15,148 bases of DNA from Candidatus Methylomirabilia bacterium. Its GTDB lineage: Bacteria > Methylomirabilota > Methylomirabilia > Rokubacteriales > CSP1-6. Made by a program: the position numbers and the translations under genes. The stretch covers positions 1 through 15,148 of the forward strand of contig JBGPXN010000104.1 of NCBI GenBank assembly GCA_041492755.1, read 5' to 3'. Below, in pieces: positions 1 through 8,760 of this stretch (positions are counted from its first letter, which is position 1; each line of letters begins with the position of its first letter). A model generated the notes under the pieces. That model did not search any database. It was not told the origin of the DNA and saw nothing but the letters and a program-made list of their open reading frames with translations.

Positions 1-2
1 CC

Positions 3-1247
3 TCACAGCGGCGTCTTGACGACGCGCCCGCTCGCCTCCACGTACCACTTCTCGCTCGGAAACGGCTTGCCGTCGAGCGTCGCCGCCATCCAGTCCGCCG
101 TCAGGACCGGGGGAAACGGACCGAGGTTCGTGGCCGGGACGTTGCCGACGGAGTGCCGCGAGTCCTGGTAGACGACGAAGCGTTTGGGGCCCGGGAGCGT
201 GTCGATCAGCCGTTCGGTGTGCTCCAGCGGGGAGAGCTCTTCGGCCTCGCCGGCCACGCAATGATAGGGCGCGCGGATCTTCTCGGCGTGCCCTTCCCAC
301 GTCATACTCTTGCGGAACTCGTCGAACTCTGCTTCGTCGGTGATGCCCGACATGTACATGAACCGCATCTTGAAGGTCGGCGACGCCTCCTGGAAGATCG
401 TGTGAAAGCCGGGCTCGTGACACACCGCGGAGACCGACACGGCACGAATGCGTGGCTCGTTGGCGGCCGCGATGGTGCCGAAGAACGAGCCGAAGCTGTT
501 GCCGCTGAGTCCGATGCGGGCCGCATCCACCTCCGAGCGCGCGGCGAGCCAGTTGACCACGGCCGTGCCGGTGGCGATCCACGCCGGCATGCTGAAGTAG
601 ATCCCGAGCACCGGGCTCTCGTACTGACCCGGGCCGTCGAGCGCGAGGACGGCGAGGCCGCGTGACAGCCAGCGGTCGCCGTACATGCCCACGCCGATCT
701 CCTTGAAGCTGTCCATCCCCGGAAGCGAAATCACCACGGGGATCCGGCCACCCCGATAGCCGGGCGGCAGGTGAAACCAGGCCGGGAGCGCCGGCCCGCC
801 CGGCATCGGGATCCACGCCGCCTCGACGTGATGATCGGCGAGGGCCGCGTACTTCGTGTAGCACTCGCGCTTCTTCTGGTTGTAGAAGGCGTTCTGCTCG
901 TCGTTGTCGTCGAGCGGCCACTGCGCCGCCGCCCAGTGGACGGCCGCCATGAAGTAGCTCTCGCGCGCGGTCACGAGGTGGCCGTCCTGCTCGGCGGCCT
1001 GCGCCTTCCCCTCGCGCCGGCGGGCGACGGCTTCGAACGCGGGCGAGGCGTCCGCCAGCTTGGTGATGCGCTGGCGAAGCCCCGCGAAGTCGGCGTTGGC
1101 TTCCACGCCACACGGCCCCGACAGATACATCGACCGCGGCTGATCCCAGTCCATGCCGACGGAACGGATGACGTTGTCGAGCAGCCAGCGCTGCTCCGTC
1201 CAGCGGCGCGTGATCGGTCCCCCGTGCGTCTTCTTCGCGGTTGGCAT
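3..1247 (-). CDS. Alpha/beta hydrolase, FrsA/DUF1100 / 2,6-dihydroxypseudooxynicotine hydrolase-like
   Basis: 414-aa ORF. Nucleophile elbow G-N-S-F-G, 'PGMDSFKE' and 'LALDGPGQYES' segments typical of the FrsA-like family, candidate His in 'DSRH'. Confidence 0.85.
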   Translation of the reverse strand: MPTAKKTHGGPITRRWTEQRWLLDNVIRSVGMDWDQPRSMYLSGPCGVEANADFAGLRQRITKLADASPAFEAVARRREGKAQAAEQDGHLVTARESYFMAAVHWAAAQWPLDDNDEQNAFYNQKKRECYTKYAALADHHVEAAWIPMPGGPALPAWFHLPPGYRGGRIPVVISLPGMDSFKEIGVGMYGDRWLSRGLAVLALDGPGQYESPVLGIYFSMPAWIATGTAVVNWLAARSEVDAARIGLSGNSFGSFFGTIAAANEPRIRAVSVSAVCHEPGFHTIFQEASPTFKMRFMYMSGITDEAEFDEFRKSMTWEGHAEKIRAPYHCVAGEAEELSPLEHTERLIDTLPGPKRFVVYQDSRHSVGNVPATNLGPFPPVLTADWMAATLDGKPFPSEKWYVEASGRVVKTPL

Positions 1248-1266
1248 GTCATCATCTCTGCGGCTG

Positions 1267-1276
1267 ATGCTATGTT
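1267..1276. promoter_or_regulatory. Overlapping divergent -10 elements (TGcTATGTT on +, TAGCAT on -)
   Basis: AT-rich patch in the ~100-bp gap between the divergent hydrolase and SnoaL genes. Both hexamers fit TAnnnT, and the + one has an extended TG. Confidence 0.4.
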
Positions 1277-1349
1277 TCGGGTCGGGCGCCGACCGAGTAT
1301 CGGCGCGTTCCGCCGGGTCCGCAAGGCGTGCGCCCCCAGGAGGAGCCCC

Positions 1350-1775
1350 ATGTCAGCCGAGGACAACAAGGCGCTCGTCCGCCGCTGGTTCGAGGAGAGC
1401 GACAAGGGCAACTTCGACACGATCGACGAGTTCGTCTCTCCCGAGTACGTCGACTACAATCCGCCGTTGCCGGGGCTGCCGCCGGGCCGAGAAGGCGTCA
1501 GGGCGTCGAGCCGGATGCTGTGGGCGGCGTTCTCGGACGTGAAGCACACCATCGAGGAGCAGATCGCCGAAGGCGACAAGGTCATGACGCGGCTCCGGGT
1601 CCGCGCGCGGTTCACCGGGCCATTCATGGGCTTTCAGCCGACCGGCCAGGTGGTGGAGGTCAAGGGCATCGCCGTCCACCGTATCCGCGACGGTCGCTTC
1701 GTGGAGCACTGGGCCCAGTGGGACCAGCAGAGCTTCTTCGGTCAGCTCGGCGCCGAGCGGCCACAGCCGCACTGA
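1350..1775 (+). CDS. SnoaL-like ester cyclase / NTF2-family protein
   Basis: RBS AGGAGGAG before ATG 1350. 141 aa with 'MSAEDNKALVRRWFEE', 'IEEQIAEGDKV', 'PTGQVV' and 'IRDGRFVEHW' motifs. The ORF-track start at 771 is an over-extension. Confidence 0.9.
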   Translation: MSAEDNKALVRRWFEESDKGNFDTIDEFVSPEYVDYNPPLPGLPPGREGVRASSRMLWAAFSDVKHTIEEQIAEGDKVMTRLRVRARFTGPFMGFQPTGQVVEVKGIAVHRIRDGRFVEHWAQWDQQSFFGQLGAERPQPH

Positions 1776-1776
1776 C

Positions 1777-3570
1777 CTAACCTCGCTGCACCCACGACCG
1801 CAGCGCGGCCTGGATGTTGTCGCCTTCGGCCGTGAGACGCTGCGCTGTCTGGTCGTGCGCGGCCTTGAACAACGCGCCGGCCGATTCCACGAGCGTCATG
1901 AAATAGCGCATGTGCTGTCCTCGGACAGACGAGTCCTCGCCGCTGGCCATGAGCTGCTCCAGGCCGAACTCGCGGATGGTCTCGAGCATCCCGAACCGTG
2001 GCTCGCCGTCCGGTCCGTCCTCTTGACGAAGCAGGCTCTTGTCGACCAGCGATGTCAGGCCGTCCGCGACGTCGAAGGGGGGCGCGTCTGCGCCATCCGT
2101 CGCGGGGAGCCGGCAGATCGCCGCGGCCGTTTCCGGGCTGCAACCCCCGACGAACACGGCGAGCCGGCGAAACAGCCGCTGCTCGTCTGGCGTGAGCAAG
2201 TTGTGACTCCAGGCGATCGTGTCACGCAGCGTCTGCTGGCGTTCCGGCAGATCACGCGCGCCGGCTTTCAGCAGCCGCAGCGACGACCCGACGGGACCGC
2301 CGTCGAGTCGTGCCAGGAGCGCGCGGGGCGACAGCAGCTTGATTCGCGCGGCGGCGAGCTCGATGGCGAGCGGCAAGCCGTCCAGCCGCGCGCACACCGC
2401 CGCGATGGAGGCGGCATTGTCGGCGGTGATCGCGAAATCCGGACGGACACGGCGGGCGCGCTCGGCGAAGAGCGCAACCGCGGAGTAGGCGTCCAGCTCG
2501 CCGGCGGCCGGCAGGTTTTTGAGATTCGGCACGGCGAGCGGCGAGACGGGGAACTCCTGCTCGGCCAGGAGGCGCAACGGCTCGCGACTCGTCACGAGTA
2601 CGCGCACGCCCGGCGCGGCAGCGAGCAGATCGGCGACCAGCGCCGCCGCCGCGACCACGTGCTCGAAGTTGTCGAGCAGGAGGAGGATCTCCTTGTCGCG
2701 CAGGAAGTCGACGACGCTCGCGAGCAGTGGCTCGCCGGCGACCTCCGCGACGTCGAACGTCTGCGCGATCGCGGCGACGACCCGACCCGCGTCGACCACC
2801 GGGGTCAAGGAGACGAAGAAGGCGCCGTCGCGCAGCTCGTGGAGGATGTCGGCGGCGACCTGAATCCCGAGCCGCGTCTTGCCGGTGCCACCAGGGCCTG
2901 TCAGCGTGACCAGCCGGATGTCCCCGCGCCGCAGCAGATCGACGATCGCCCGTGTCTCGCGGTCCCGACCGATGAGCCGCGTCGGCGGGACGGGCAGGTT
3001 GTTCGGTCGCGTGTCCAGCGAGCGCAGCGGTGGAAAGACCGCTGGCAACCCGGCGATGACGAGCTGGAACAGCCGTTCCGGCTCCGGGAGATCCTTCAGG
3101 CGGTAGGCGCCGAGCTCGCTGAGCGTGACGCCCTCGGGAAGAACACCGTGCACGAGCGCGGCCGTGGATTCGGACAGCACGACCTGGCCACCGTGACCGG
3201 CGGCGCAGATCCGAGCGCCGCGATGAACGTCGAGACCGGTATACCCCTCGGCCGTGCGCGTCGGCTCTCCGGTGTGGAGACCGATGCGCACGCGCACGAC
3301 GACGTCGGGAGGCCACGGGTGATTGGCCAGCGCGCGCTGCATGGCAACGGCGGCGGCGACCGCCTCGGTCGCGCGCGCGAAGACGGCGAAGCAGGCATCA
3401 CCCGGCGCATCGACCTCGCGGCCGTCGTGGGCGCGAATGGCCGCCCGGAGCGATTCGCGATGCGTGGCGAGGACCGTGCCGTAGCCGTCACCGAGTGCGC
3501 GGAGCAGCCGTGTGCTGCCCTCGAAGTCGGTGAAGACGAGCGTGACGGTCCCGGTTGGCAGGTCACGCAT
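1777..3570 (-). CDS. Class III adenylate/guanylate cyclase domain fused to NB-ARC/STAND ATPase, no C-terminal TPR region
   Basis: Cyclase motifs '[17 protein letters not shown]', 'GDACFAVF', '[10 protein letters not shown]', 'GHGGQVVLS'. Walker A GPGGTGKT, Walker B LLLLDNFE, 'VTSRE', '[14 protein letters not shown]'. Start is ATG 3570 or GTG 3591. Confidence 0.9.
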   Translation of the reverse strand: MRDLPTGTVTLVFTDFEGSTRLLRALGDGYGTVLATHRESLRAAIRAHDGREVDAPGDACFAVFARATEAVAAAVAMQRALANHPWPPDVVVRVRIGLHTGEPTRTAEGYTGLDVHRGARICAAGHGGQVVLSESTAALVHGVLPEGVTLSELGAYRLKDLPEPERLFQLVIAGLPAVFPPLRSLDTRPNNLPVPPTRLIGRDRETRAIVDLLRRGDIRLVTLTGPGGTGKTRLGIQVAADILHELRDGAFFVSLTPVVDAGRVVAAIAQTFDVAEVAGEPLLASVVDFLRDKEILLLLDNFEHVVAAAALVADLLAAAPGVRVLVTSREPLRLLAEQEFPVSPLAVPNLKNLPAAGELDAYSAVALFAERARRVRPDFAITADNAASIAAVCARLDGLPLAIELAAARIKLLSPRALLARLDGGPVGSSLRLLKAGARDLPERQQTLRDTIAWSHNLLTPDEQRLFRRLAVFVGGCSPETAAAICRLPATDGADAPPFDVADGLTSLVDKSLLRQEDGPDGEPRFGMLETIREFGLEQLMASGEDSSVRGQHMRYFMTLVESAGALFKAAHDQTAQRLTAEGDNIQAALRSWVQRG

Positions 3571-3601
3571 CGGCACGCTGCCGCGGAGCACCGCGGACCG
3601 C

Positions 3602-4324
3602 TCAGATCACGATGTCACCGGACTTGATGCGACGCACGCCGGCGCCCGACATGTCCGCCCACGCCTTGCCGAGCGAGCCGCCCGCGTCGATGCCGCGGGT
3701 GGCGTCCTCGATCACCGCGGCCTCGAAGCCGCCGCGGCGCGCGTCGAGCGCCGACCACGCCACGCAGAAGTCGGTGGCCAGACCGACGAGGAACACCTGC
3801 TTGAATCCCCGCTCCTTCAGGTAGCCCGTGAGGCCGGTCATCGTTTGACGATCCGCTTCGAGGAACGCCGAGTACGAGTCGACGTGCTGGCGGTAGCCCT
3901 TGCGGATGATCAGCTCGGCGTGCGGGATTCGCAGATCGCGGTGCAGGTCCGCATCAGTCGTGCCCTGGATGCAGTGGTCCGGCCACAGCACCTGGACACC
4001 GTACGGAAGCTGGACGGTCTCGAACGGTTTCTTGCCCGGGTGGCTGGACGCGAATGAGACGTGCCCTTTGGTGTGCCAGTCCTGGGTGAGCACCACGTGC
4101 CGGAACGCGGGCGCCAGCCGGTTGATGATCGGGATGATCTTGTCGCCTTCGGGGACAGGGAGTGTGCCGCCGGGCACGAAACAGTTCTGCACGTCGATCA
4201 CGGCCAGGACGTCGTCGGGGCCGGGGTTGATCCGTGCCTGCGCGCGCACGGCCGATGGAAGCGTGCTCAGCACCAGCGCGGCCGTTCCGGACCGAATGAA
4301 GTGCCGCCGCCCGATCGTGTTCAT
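3602..4324 (-). CDS. pncA: Nicotinamidase/pyrazinamidase with N-terminal twin-arginine signal peptide
   Basis: IDVQN (Asp), TQDWH, LWPDHC, IRKG (Lys), DSYSAF and GLATDFCV (Cys) motifs. GGAGG RBS. N-terminus GRRHFI followed by a hydrophobic stretch and VRA/AQA. Confidence 0.92.
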   Translation of the reverse strand: MNTIGRRHFIRSGTAALVLSTLPSAVRAQARINPGPDDVLAVIDVQNCFVPGGTLPVPEGDKIIPIINRLAPAFRHVVLTQDWHTKGHVSFASSHPGKKPFETVQLPYGVQVLWPDHCIQGTTDADLHRDLRIPHAELIIRKGYRQHVDSYSAFLEADRQTMTGLTGYLKERGFKQVFLVGLATDFCVAWSALDARRGGFEAAVIEDATRGIDAGGSLGKAWADMSGAGVRRIKSGDIVI

Positions 4325-4372
4325 GCGCCACCTCCGGCGATTCGATGCGCTACGGTAGCGCCGGCACCGCCG

Positions 4373-4444
4373 GGCGGCAACTCTTTCAAGGCGGCAACCT
4401 TTTCAAAAGGCGTCGCGGTTGCTCGAGGTCACAGCAAACTTTTC
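4373..4444 (+). repeat. Tandem 17-bp direct repeat plus a third degenerate copy; candidate regulator-binding sites
   Basis: GGCGGCAACTCTTTCAA (4373-4389) and GGCGGCAACCTTTTCAA (4390-4406) match at 15/17. GCAAACTTTTC at 4434. Palindrome CCTTTT-C-AAAAGG at 4398-4410. Confidence 0.6.
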
Positions 4445-4447
4445 CTC

Positions 4448-4476
4448 TTGGCGGTTAGGGCAAGCGGGGCGAGAAT
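4448..4476 (+). promoter_or_regulatory. Candidate sigma70-type promoter TTGGCG-N17-GAGAAT
   Basis: Canonical 17-bp spacing, lying just upstream of GGAGG (4487-4491) and ATG 4500. Confidence 0.45.
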
Positions 4477-4499
4477 CGGCCCCCCTGGAGGCGAACGCG

Positions 4500-4673
4500 A
4501 TGCTCAGCGAAGTGGCCGGTCTGACTTTCGTCCTGGCGGTCTTCGTCCTCGCCGCCCTCATCGCTGCGAGTCGTCCGCTCTGGCAGCGCGAGCTTCGGTT
4601 CTGGCTGTGGCGCCGCTCGCTCGGACGCCGGCGCCGTCCTGTCGAATCGGGTATCGTCCACCGCGCGGCCTGA
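4500..4673 (+). CDS. Small (57 aa) single-pass membrane protein, hypothetical
   Basis: GGAGG RBS 8 nt before ATG. MLSEVAGLTFVLAVFVLAALIAA is a hydrophobic helix, followed by an Arg/Trp-rich tail consistent with the positive-inside rule. Confidence 0.65.
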   Translation: MLSEVAGLTFVLAVFVLAALIAASRPLWQRELRFWLWRRSLGRRRRPVESGIVHRAA

Positions 4674-4773
4674 GCCGCGGCACCGCACCTCCGCCGCGCC
4701 AGAGGGCGCGCATCGATGGTACCTTTCAGAGCGTGGATCGCCGCGCCCTGAGCGCGGCAGGGAGGATCGCGCG

Positions 4774-6477
4774 ATGCCCTATGACCTGGTGATCAAGAAC
4801 GGCACGGTGATCGACGGCTCCGGCTTGCCCCGTTTCCGGGCCGACGTCGCGGTACGACACGGTCGTATCGCCGCCATCGGGCGCATTCGCGAGGGCGCTC
4901 GCGAGGTCATCGACGCCGACGGCCAGGTGGTAGCGCCCGGCTTCGTCGACGGCCACACCCACATGGACGCGCAGGTGTTCTGGGATCCGCTCGGGACGTG
5001 CTCGTGCTGGCACGGCGTCACCACGGTCGTCATGGGCAACTGCGGATTCACCCTCGCCCCGTGCGCCAAGGCCGACCGGCACCTCGTGATGCGCAACCTC
5101 GAGCGCGCGGAAGACATCGCGCCGGCGGCCATGGACGCCGGCATCGCGTGGCGGTGGACGACGTTCCCGGAGTTCCTGGACTGCCTCGAGACGCTGCCCA
5201 AGGGCATCAACTACGCGGGCTACATCGGCCACTCCGCGCTCCGCACCTACGTGATGGGCGAGCGCGCCTTCGAGAAGGAAGCCAGCGAAGACGAGCTGGC
5301 CGCGATGGCGCGCGAGCTGCGCGACGCGATCCGCGCCGGGGCCATCGGCTTCACGACCTCCCGTTCGCCGAGTCACGAAACGCCGGACCGGCGTCCGGTG
5401 GCGAGCCGGGTCGCGAGCTGGGACGAGGTGCGGCGTCTGGTCGGCGTGATGGGCGAGATGAACGCGGGCATCTTCGAGATCGCGGGCGAGCGGCACGACG
5501 CCGCCGAGCGGCTGCGCGAATACCACGTGCGGCTGCGCGATCTCGCCGTCGAGACCGGGCGGCCGATCACCTGGGGGCTCTTCAGCCGGCGCGCGGAGCC
5601 CGACCGGTGGCGCCTGTATCTCGACTTGCTCGAAGAGACGGCGGCGGCCGGCGGCCGGATGTTCGCGCAGGTGCACAGCCGCGCGCTGACCGTGGTGCTG
5701 TCGTTCAAGACCAACCTGCCGTTCGATCGGCTCCCGGCGTGGAAGGAGCTGCGCGCGCTGCCCCTCGAGGAGCAGAAGCACCGGCTGCGCGATCCCGAGA
5801 CGCGGCGCCGGCTGGTCGAATCCGCGGCCCAGCGCCTCGACCGCCCGGCCATCGGCGCGGAACCGCGGCCGGCCGCGTACGAGCGAATCTTCGTCATGGA
5901 CACTCCGGAGGGGCCGCACCGCTCGCTGGCCGAGGTGGCGCGCGCGCGCGGCGTGGATCCCGTGGAGGCGATGATCGATCTCGCCCTCGACAAGGACCTC
6001 GACTGCTTCTTCCTGCAGCCCATCGCGAACGAGGATCAGAGCCACGCGCTCGAGCTGATGCGGCATCCGCGCACGGTGGTGACGTTCTCCGATTCGGGCG
6101 CGCACGTCTCGCAGATCATGGACGCCTCGCTGCAGACGCACCTGCTCAGCCACTGGGTGCGGGAGCGCCAGGCGTTCACGCTCGAGCAGGCGGTCCGGAT
6201 GCTGAGCTTCGACACCGCCACCCACTGGGGCTTTGCCGATCGTGGCCTCATCCGCGAGGGGATGGCCGCCGACCTCATCGTGTTCGATCCGGACACCGTC
6301 GGGCCCGAGATGCCCGAGGTCGCGCACGACCTTCCGGCGGGCGCGCGGCGGCTGGTCCAGCGGGCTCGCGGCTTCACCGCCACCGTGGTCAACGGCGACG
6401 TCCTTCTGCGCGACGGCAAGCACACGGGCGCGTTGCCCGGCCAGCTCCTGCGAGGCCCGCTCGCGCGGAGGAACTGA
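4774..6477 (+). CDS. N-acyl-D-amino-acid deacylase-like amidohydrolase
   Basis: GGGAGG RBS. 'YDLVIKNGTVIDGSG', 'PGFVDGHTHMD' metal motif, 'GVTTVVMGNCG', 'SDSGAH', 'ADLIVFDP'. Confidence 0.9.
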   Translation: MPYDLVIKNGTVIDGSGLPRFRADVAVRHGRIAAIGRIREGAREVIDADGQVVAPGFVDGHTHMDAQVFWDPLGTCSCWHGVTTVVMGNCGFTLAPCAKADRHLVMRNLERAEDIAPAAMDAGIAWRWTTFPEFLDCLETLPKGINYAGYIGHSALRTYVMGERAFEKEASEDELAAMARELRDAIRAGAIGFTTSRSPSHETPDRRPVASRVASWDEVRRLVGVMGEMNAGIFEIAGERHDAAERLREYHVRLRDLAVETGRPITWGLFSRRAEPDRWRLYLDLLEETAAAGGRMFAQVHSRALTVVLSFKTNLPFDRLPAWKELRALPLEEQKHRLRDPETRRRLVESAAQRLDRPAIGAEPRPAAYERIFVMDTPEGPHRSLAEVARARGVDPVEAMIDLALDKDLDCFFLQPIANEDQSHALELMRHPRTVVTFSDSGAHVSQIMDASLQTHLLSHWVRERQAFTLEQAVRMLSFDTATHWGFADRGLIREGMAADLIVFDPDTVGPEMPEVAHDLPAGARRLVQRARGFTATVVNGDVLLRDGKHTGALPGQLLRGPLARRN

Positions 6478-6593
6478 ACCGCCGGCTGTCACACTGCCAC
6501 CGAACTCCTGGACGGTGAGGATCCACGCGATCGAGCGCCCCATGAGGGCGTCTCCTCCACGGCTCGCGAGCGCCACCGCTCGCGGTCAGCGGG

Positions 6594-6641
6594 ACTATCG
6601 CGGCGGCGGCCTCCGGGCGGTCAAGCCGCTCGTGCTAGCAT
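6594..6641. promoter_or_regulatory. Divergent promoter pair: extended -10 TGcTAGCAT (+, 6633-6641) for rid-SBP; TTGACC-N19-GATAGT (-, 6624-6594)
   Basis: Motifs read directly from the 250-bp intergenic gap. The minus-strand motif points to a strong RBS+ATG at 6543. Confidence 0.4.
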
Positions 6642-6728
6642 GCGACGCAGAGATCGAGGTCGCTCGCGCGCTGGCCAGGCGCTCGTCCCGGCCGTCGCTC
6701 GAGTCGCTCGTTCCATCAAGGAGGCTCC

Positions 6729-7121
6729 ATGGCGAACATCCAGAAACTCTCCGCGCCGGGCGTCTACGATCCGCCCGGGTACAGCCAGGTCATCAAGGTC
6801 ACGGGCGCGCAGAGCCTCGTCTTCCTCGCGGGTCAGGTCCCCTACGACAAGGACGGCGGTGTCGCGCATCGTGGCGACTTCCCGGCGCAGGCCCGGCAGG
6901 TCTTCGGCGCGGTGCGCTCGCTCGTCGAGGCCGCGGGCGGACGGATCGAGAACGTCGTGAAGATCACCACGTACCTCACCGACGTCCGCTATCGCCAGGA
7001 CTTCCGCGTCGTTCGCGACGAGTTCTTCGGCCAGAGGGGTCCGGCGTCGACGATGATCGAGGTGAGCTCGCTGTCCCACCCCGACTACCTCATCGAAGTG
7101 GAGGCGATCGCGATCATATGA
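6729..7121 (+). CDS. RidA/YjgF/UK114 family protein (non-Arg subfamily)
   Basis: AAGGAGG RBS. 'PPGYSQVI', 'VFLAGQV', 'VVKITTYL', 'PASTMIEVSSL', 'LIEVEAIA'. Confidence 0.9.
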   Translation: MANIQKLSAPGVYDPPGYSQVIKVTGAQSLVFLAGQVPYDKDGGVAHRGDFPAQARQVFGAVRSLVEAAGGRIENVVKITTYLTDVRYRQDFRVVRDEFFGQRGPASTMIEVSSLSHPDYLIEVEAIAII

Positions 7122-8653
7122 TCCGAAGGCTCGCTCCGTTCGCTCTGGCTCTGCTCGTGCTCGCCGCCGCCCCCGTCATGCCGGCAGCCGCGGCGCCCGC
7201 GGGCGAGATCGTCTACGCGGTGCACGTGTCGCTGGCGCCGACCTGGTTCGATCCGGCCGAGACCCCGGGCGTCATCACGCCGTTCATGGTGCTCTATGCA
7301 CTGCACGATGCGCTGGTGAAGCCCATGCCGGGCAACGCGATGGCGCCCAGCCTCGCCGAGTCGTGGACCGCCTCGAAAGACGGACTCACGTACGAGTTCG
7401 TGCTGCGCAAGAACGTGCGCTTCCACAACGGCGATCACGTGACCGCGGACGACGTGAAGTTCTCGTTCGAGCGCTACAAGGGCGGCGGCGCCTCGATCTT
7501 CAAGGCGCGCGTGGCCGCGGTGGAAGTCGTGGATGCGTACCACGTGCGCTTCAAGCTCAAGCAGCCGTGGCCGGACTTCATGACCTTCTACGGCACGCCG
7601 GCATCCGGTGCCGCCTGGATCGTGCCCAAGAAGTACGTGGAGAAAGTCGGCGACGACGGCTTCAAGAAGGCGCCCATCGGGGCCGGTCCGTACAAGTTCG
7701 CCTCGTTTACCCCGGGCGTGGAGCTCGTGTTCGAGGCCAACGAGAGCTACTGGCGCAAGATGCCGAACGTCAAGCGGCTGGTCTTCAAGTCCGTCCCCGA
7801 CGACTCCACGCGCCTGGCCATGCTCAAGCGCGGCGAGGCGCACATCGCCTACTCGATCCGCGGCCCGCTGGGGGAGGAGCTGCGGCGGACCCCCGGCCTC
7901 ACGTTGAAGCCGACGTTGCCGACGTTCACCGAATGGATCCTCTTCGCCGATCAATGGGACCCGAAGTCGCCCTGGCACGATCGCCGGGTGCGGCTCGCCG
8001 CCAGCTTGGCCATCGATCGCAAAGGCATCAACGAGGCGGAGTACCTGGGCTTCGGCCGGGTCAGCTCGAGCATCATCCCGCAGGCCTTTCAGTTCTACTG
8101 GCCCGCGCCCGCGTATCCCTTCGATCCGGGCCGCGCCCGGCAGTTGCTGATCGACGCCGGCCACCCGCGCGGCTTCGACGCCGGTGACCTGTCCGCGGAC
8201 GCCGTGTACGCGGCGACGGCCGAGGCCGTCATCAATTCCTGGCAGGCCGTCGGCATCCGGGCCAAGCTGAAGGCGCTCGAGCGCGCGGCGTTCTACTCGG
8301 CCGACCAGGAGAAGAAGCTCCGGCCGCTCGTCCGCACGGGAAGCGCCGCCGCGGGCAATGCCGCCACGCGCATCCAGGCGTTCGTGGTCGGCGACGGCAT
8401 CCGCTCCTACGGCAGCTACCCCGATATCGACGGCCTCTTCCGCGAGCAGGCGAGCGAGACCGACCCGAAGCGACGGGAGGCGACGCTGCACAAGATCCAG
8501 CAGCTCATGCACGAGCGCGTGATGTTCGCGCCGATCGTCGAGCCGGCGTTCCTCAACGGCTACGGGCCGAAGGTGGAAGACCCGGCGATGGGCGTCATCC
8601 TCGGCCACCCCTACTCGTCGCCTTACGAGGACGTGAAGCTCAAGGCCCGCTGA
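7118..8653 (+). CDS. ABC transporter substrate-binding protein, family 5 (peptide/nickel type)
   Basis: ATG 7118 overlaps the rid stop (ATGA). Sec signal MIRRLAPFALALLVLAAAPVMPAAA. 'PSLAESWT..DGLTYEFVLRKNVRFHNG..VTADDVKFSF', 'PIGAGPYKF', 'DRRVRLAASLAIDR'. 511 aa. Confidence 0.92.
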   Translation: MIRRLAPFALALLVLAAAPVMPAAAAPAGEIVYAVHVSLAPTWFDPAETPGVITPFMVLYALHDALVKPMPGNAMAPSLAESWTASKDGLTYEFVLRKNVRFHNGDHVTADDVKFSFERYKGGGASIFKARVAAVEVVDAYHVRFKLKQPWPDFMTFYGTPASGAAWIVPKKYVEKVGDDGFKKAPIGAGPYKFASFTPGVELVFEANESYWRKMPNVKRLVFKSVPDDSTRLAMLKRGEAHIAYSIRGPLGEELRRTPGLTLKPTLPTFTEWILFADQWDPKSPWHDRRVRLAASLAIDRKGINEAEYLGFGRVSSSIIPQAFQFYWPAPAYPFDPGRARQLLIDAGHPRGFDAGDLSADAVYAATAEAVINSWQAVGIRAKLKALERAAFYSADQEKKLRPLVRTGSAAAGNAATRIQAFVVGDGIRSYGSYPDIDGLFREQASETDPKRREATLHKIQQLMHERVMFAPIVEPAFLNGYGPKVEDPAMGVILGHPYSSPYEDVKLKAR

Positions 8654-8760
8654 GCTGCCCCCGGGGGGAGCGGCTGAAACTTGGCGGTCCCGGCGAGGAG
8701 CCGACCGAACAACCCCGCGCGGAGAACTCGTAAACACAAGCTGCCGGGCGCCAGGACGAG

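Noticed and set aside
1855..3627. Long antisense and alternate-frame ORFs (1855-3627, 4998-6518, 7085-8773, 8986-10170, 10197-11237, 12018-13289, 13651-14676 and similar)
   Set aside because: They overlap clearly recognisable genes, have Arg/Ala/Gly/Pro-rich composition with no motifs, and are expected shadows in high-GC DNA.
6635..6643. CTAGCATGC shared between the rid promoter and the RHH operator, suggesting cross-regulation
   Set aside because: Single copy without the periodic array. TAGCAT also appears as a -10 at 1272-1267, so it probably reflects promoter preference.
8708..8717. AACAACCCCG resembles the bulge of the NAD+-I (nadA) riboswitch as I recall it
   Set aside because: The flanking paired segments are absent and the downstream gene is not NAD-related. 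A 10-mer match is not enough.
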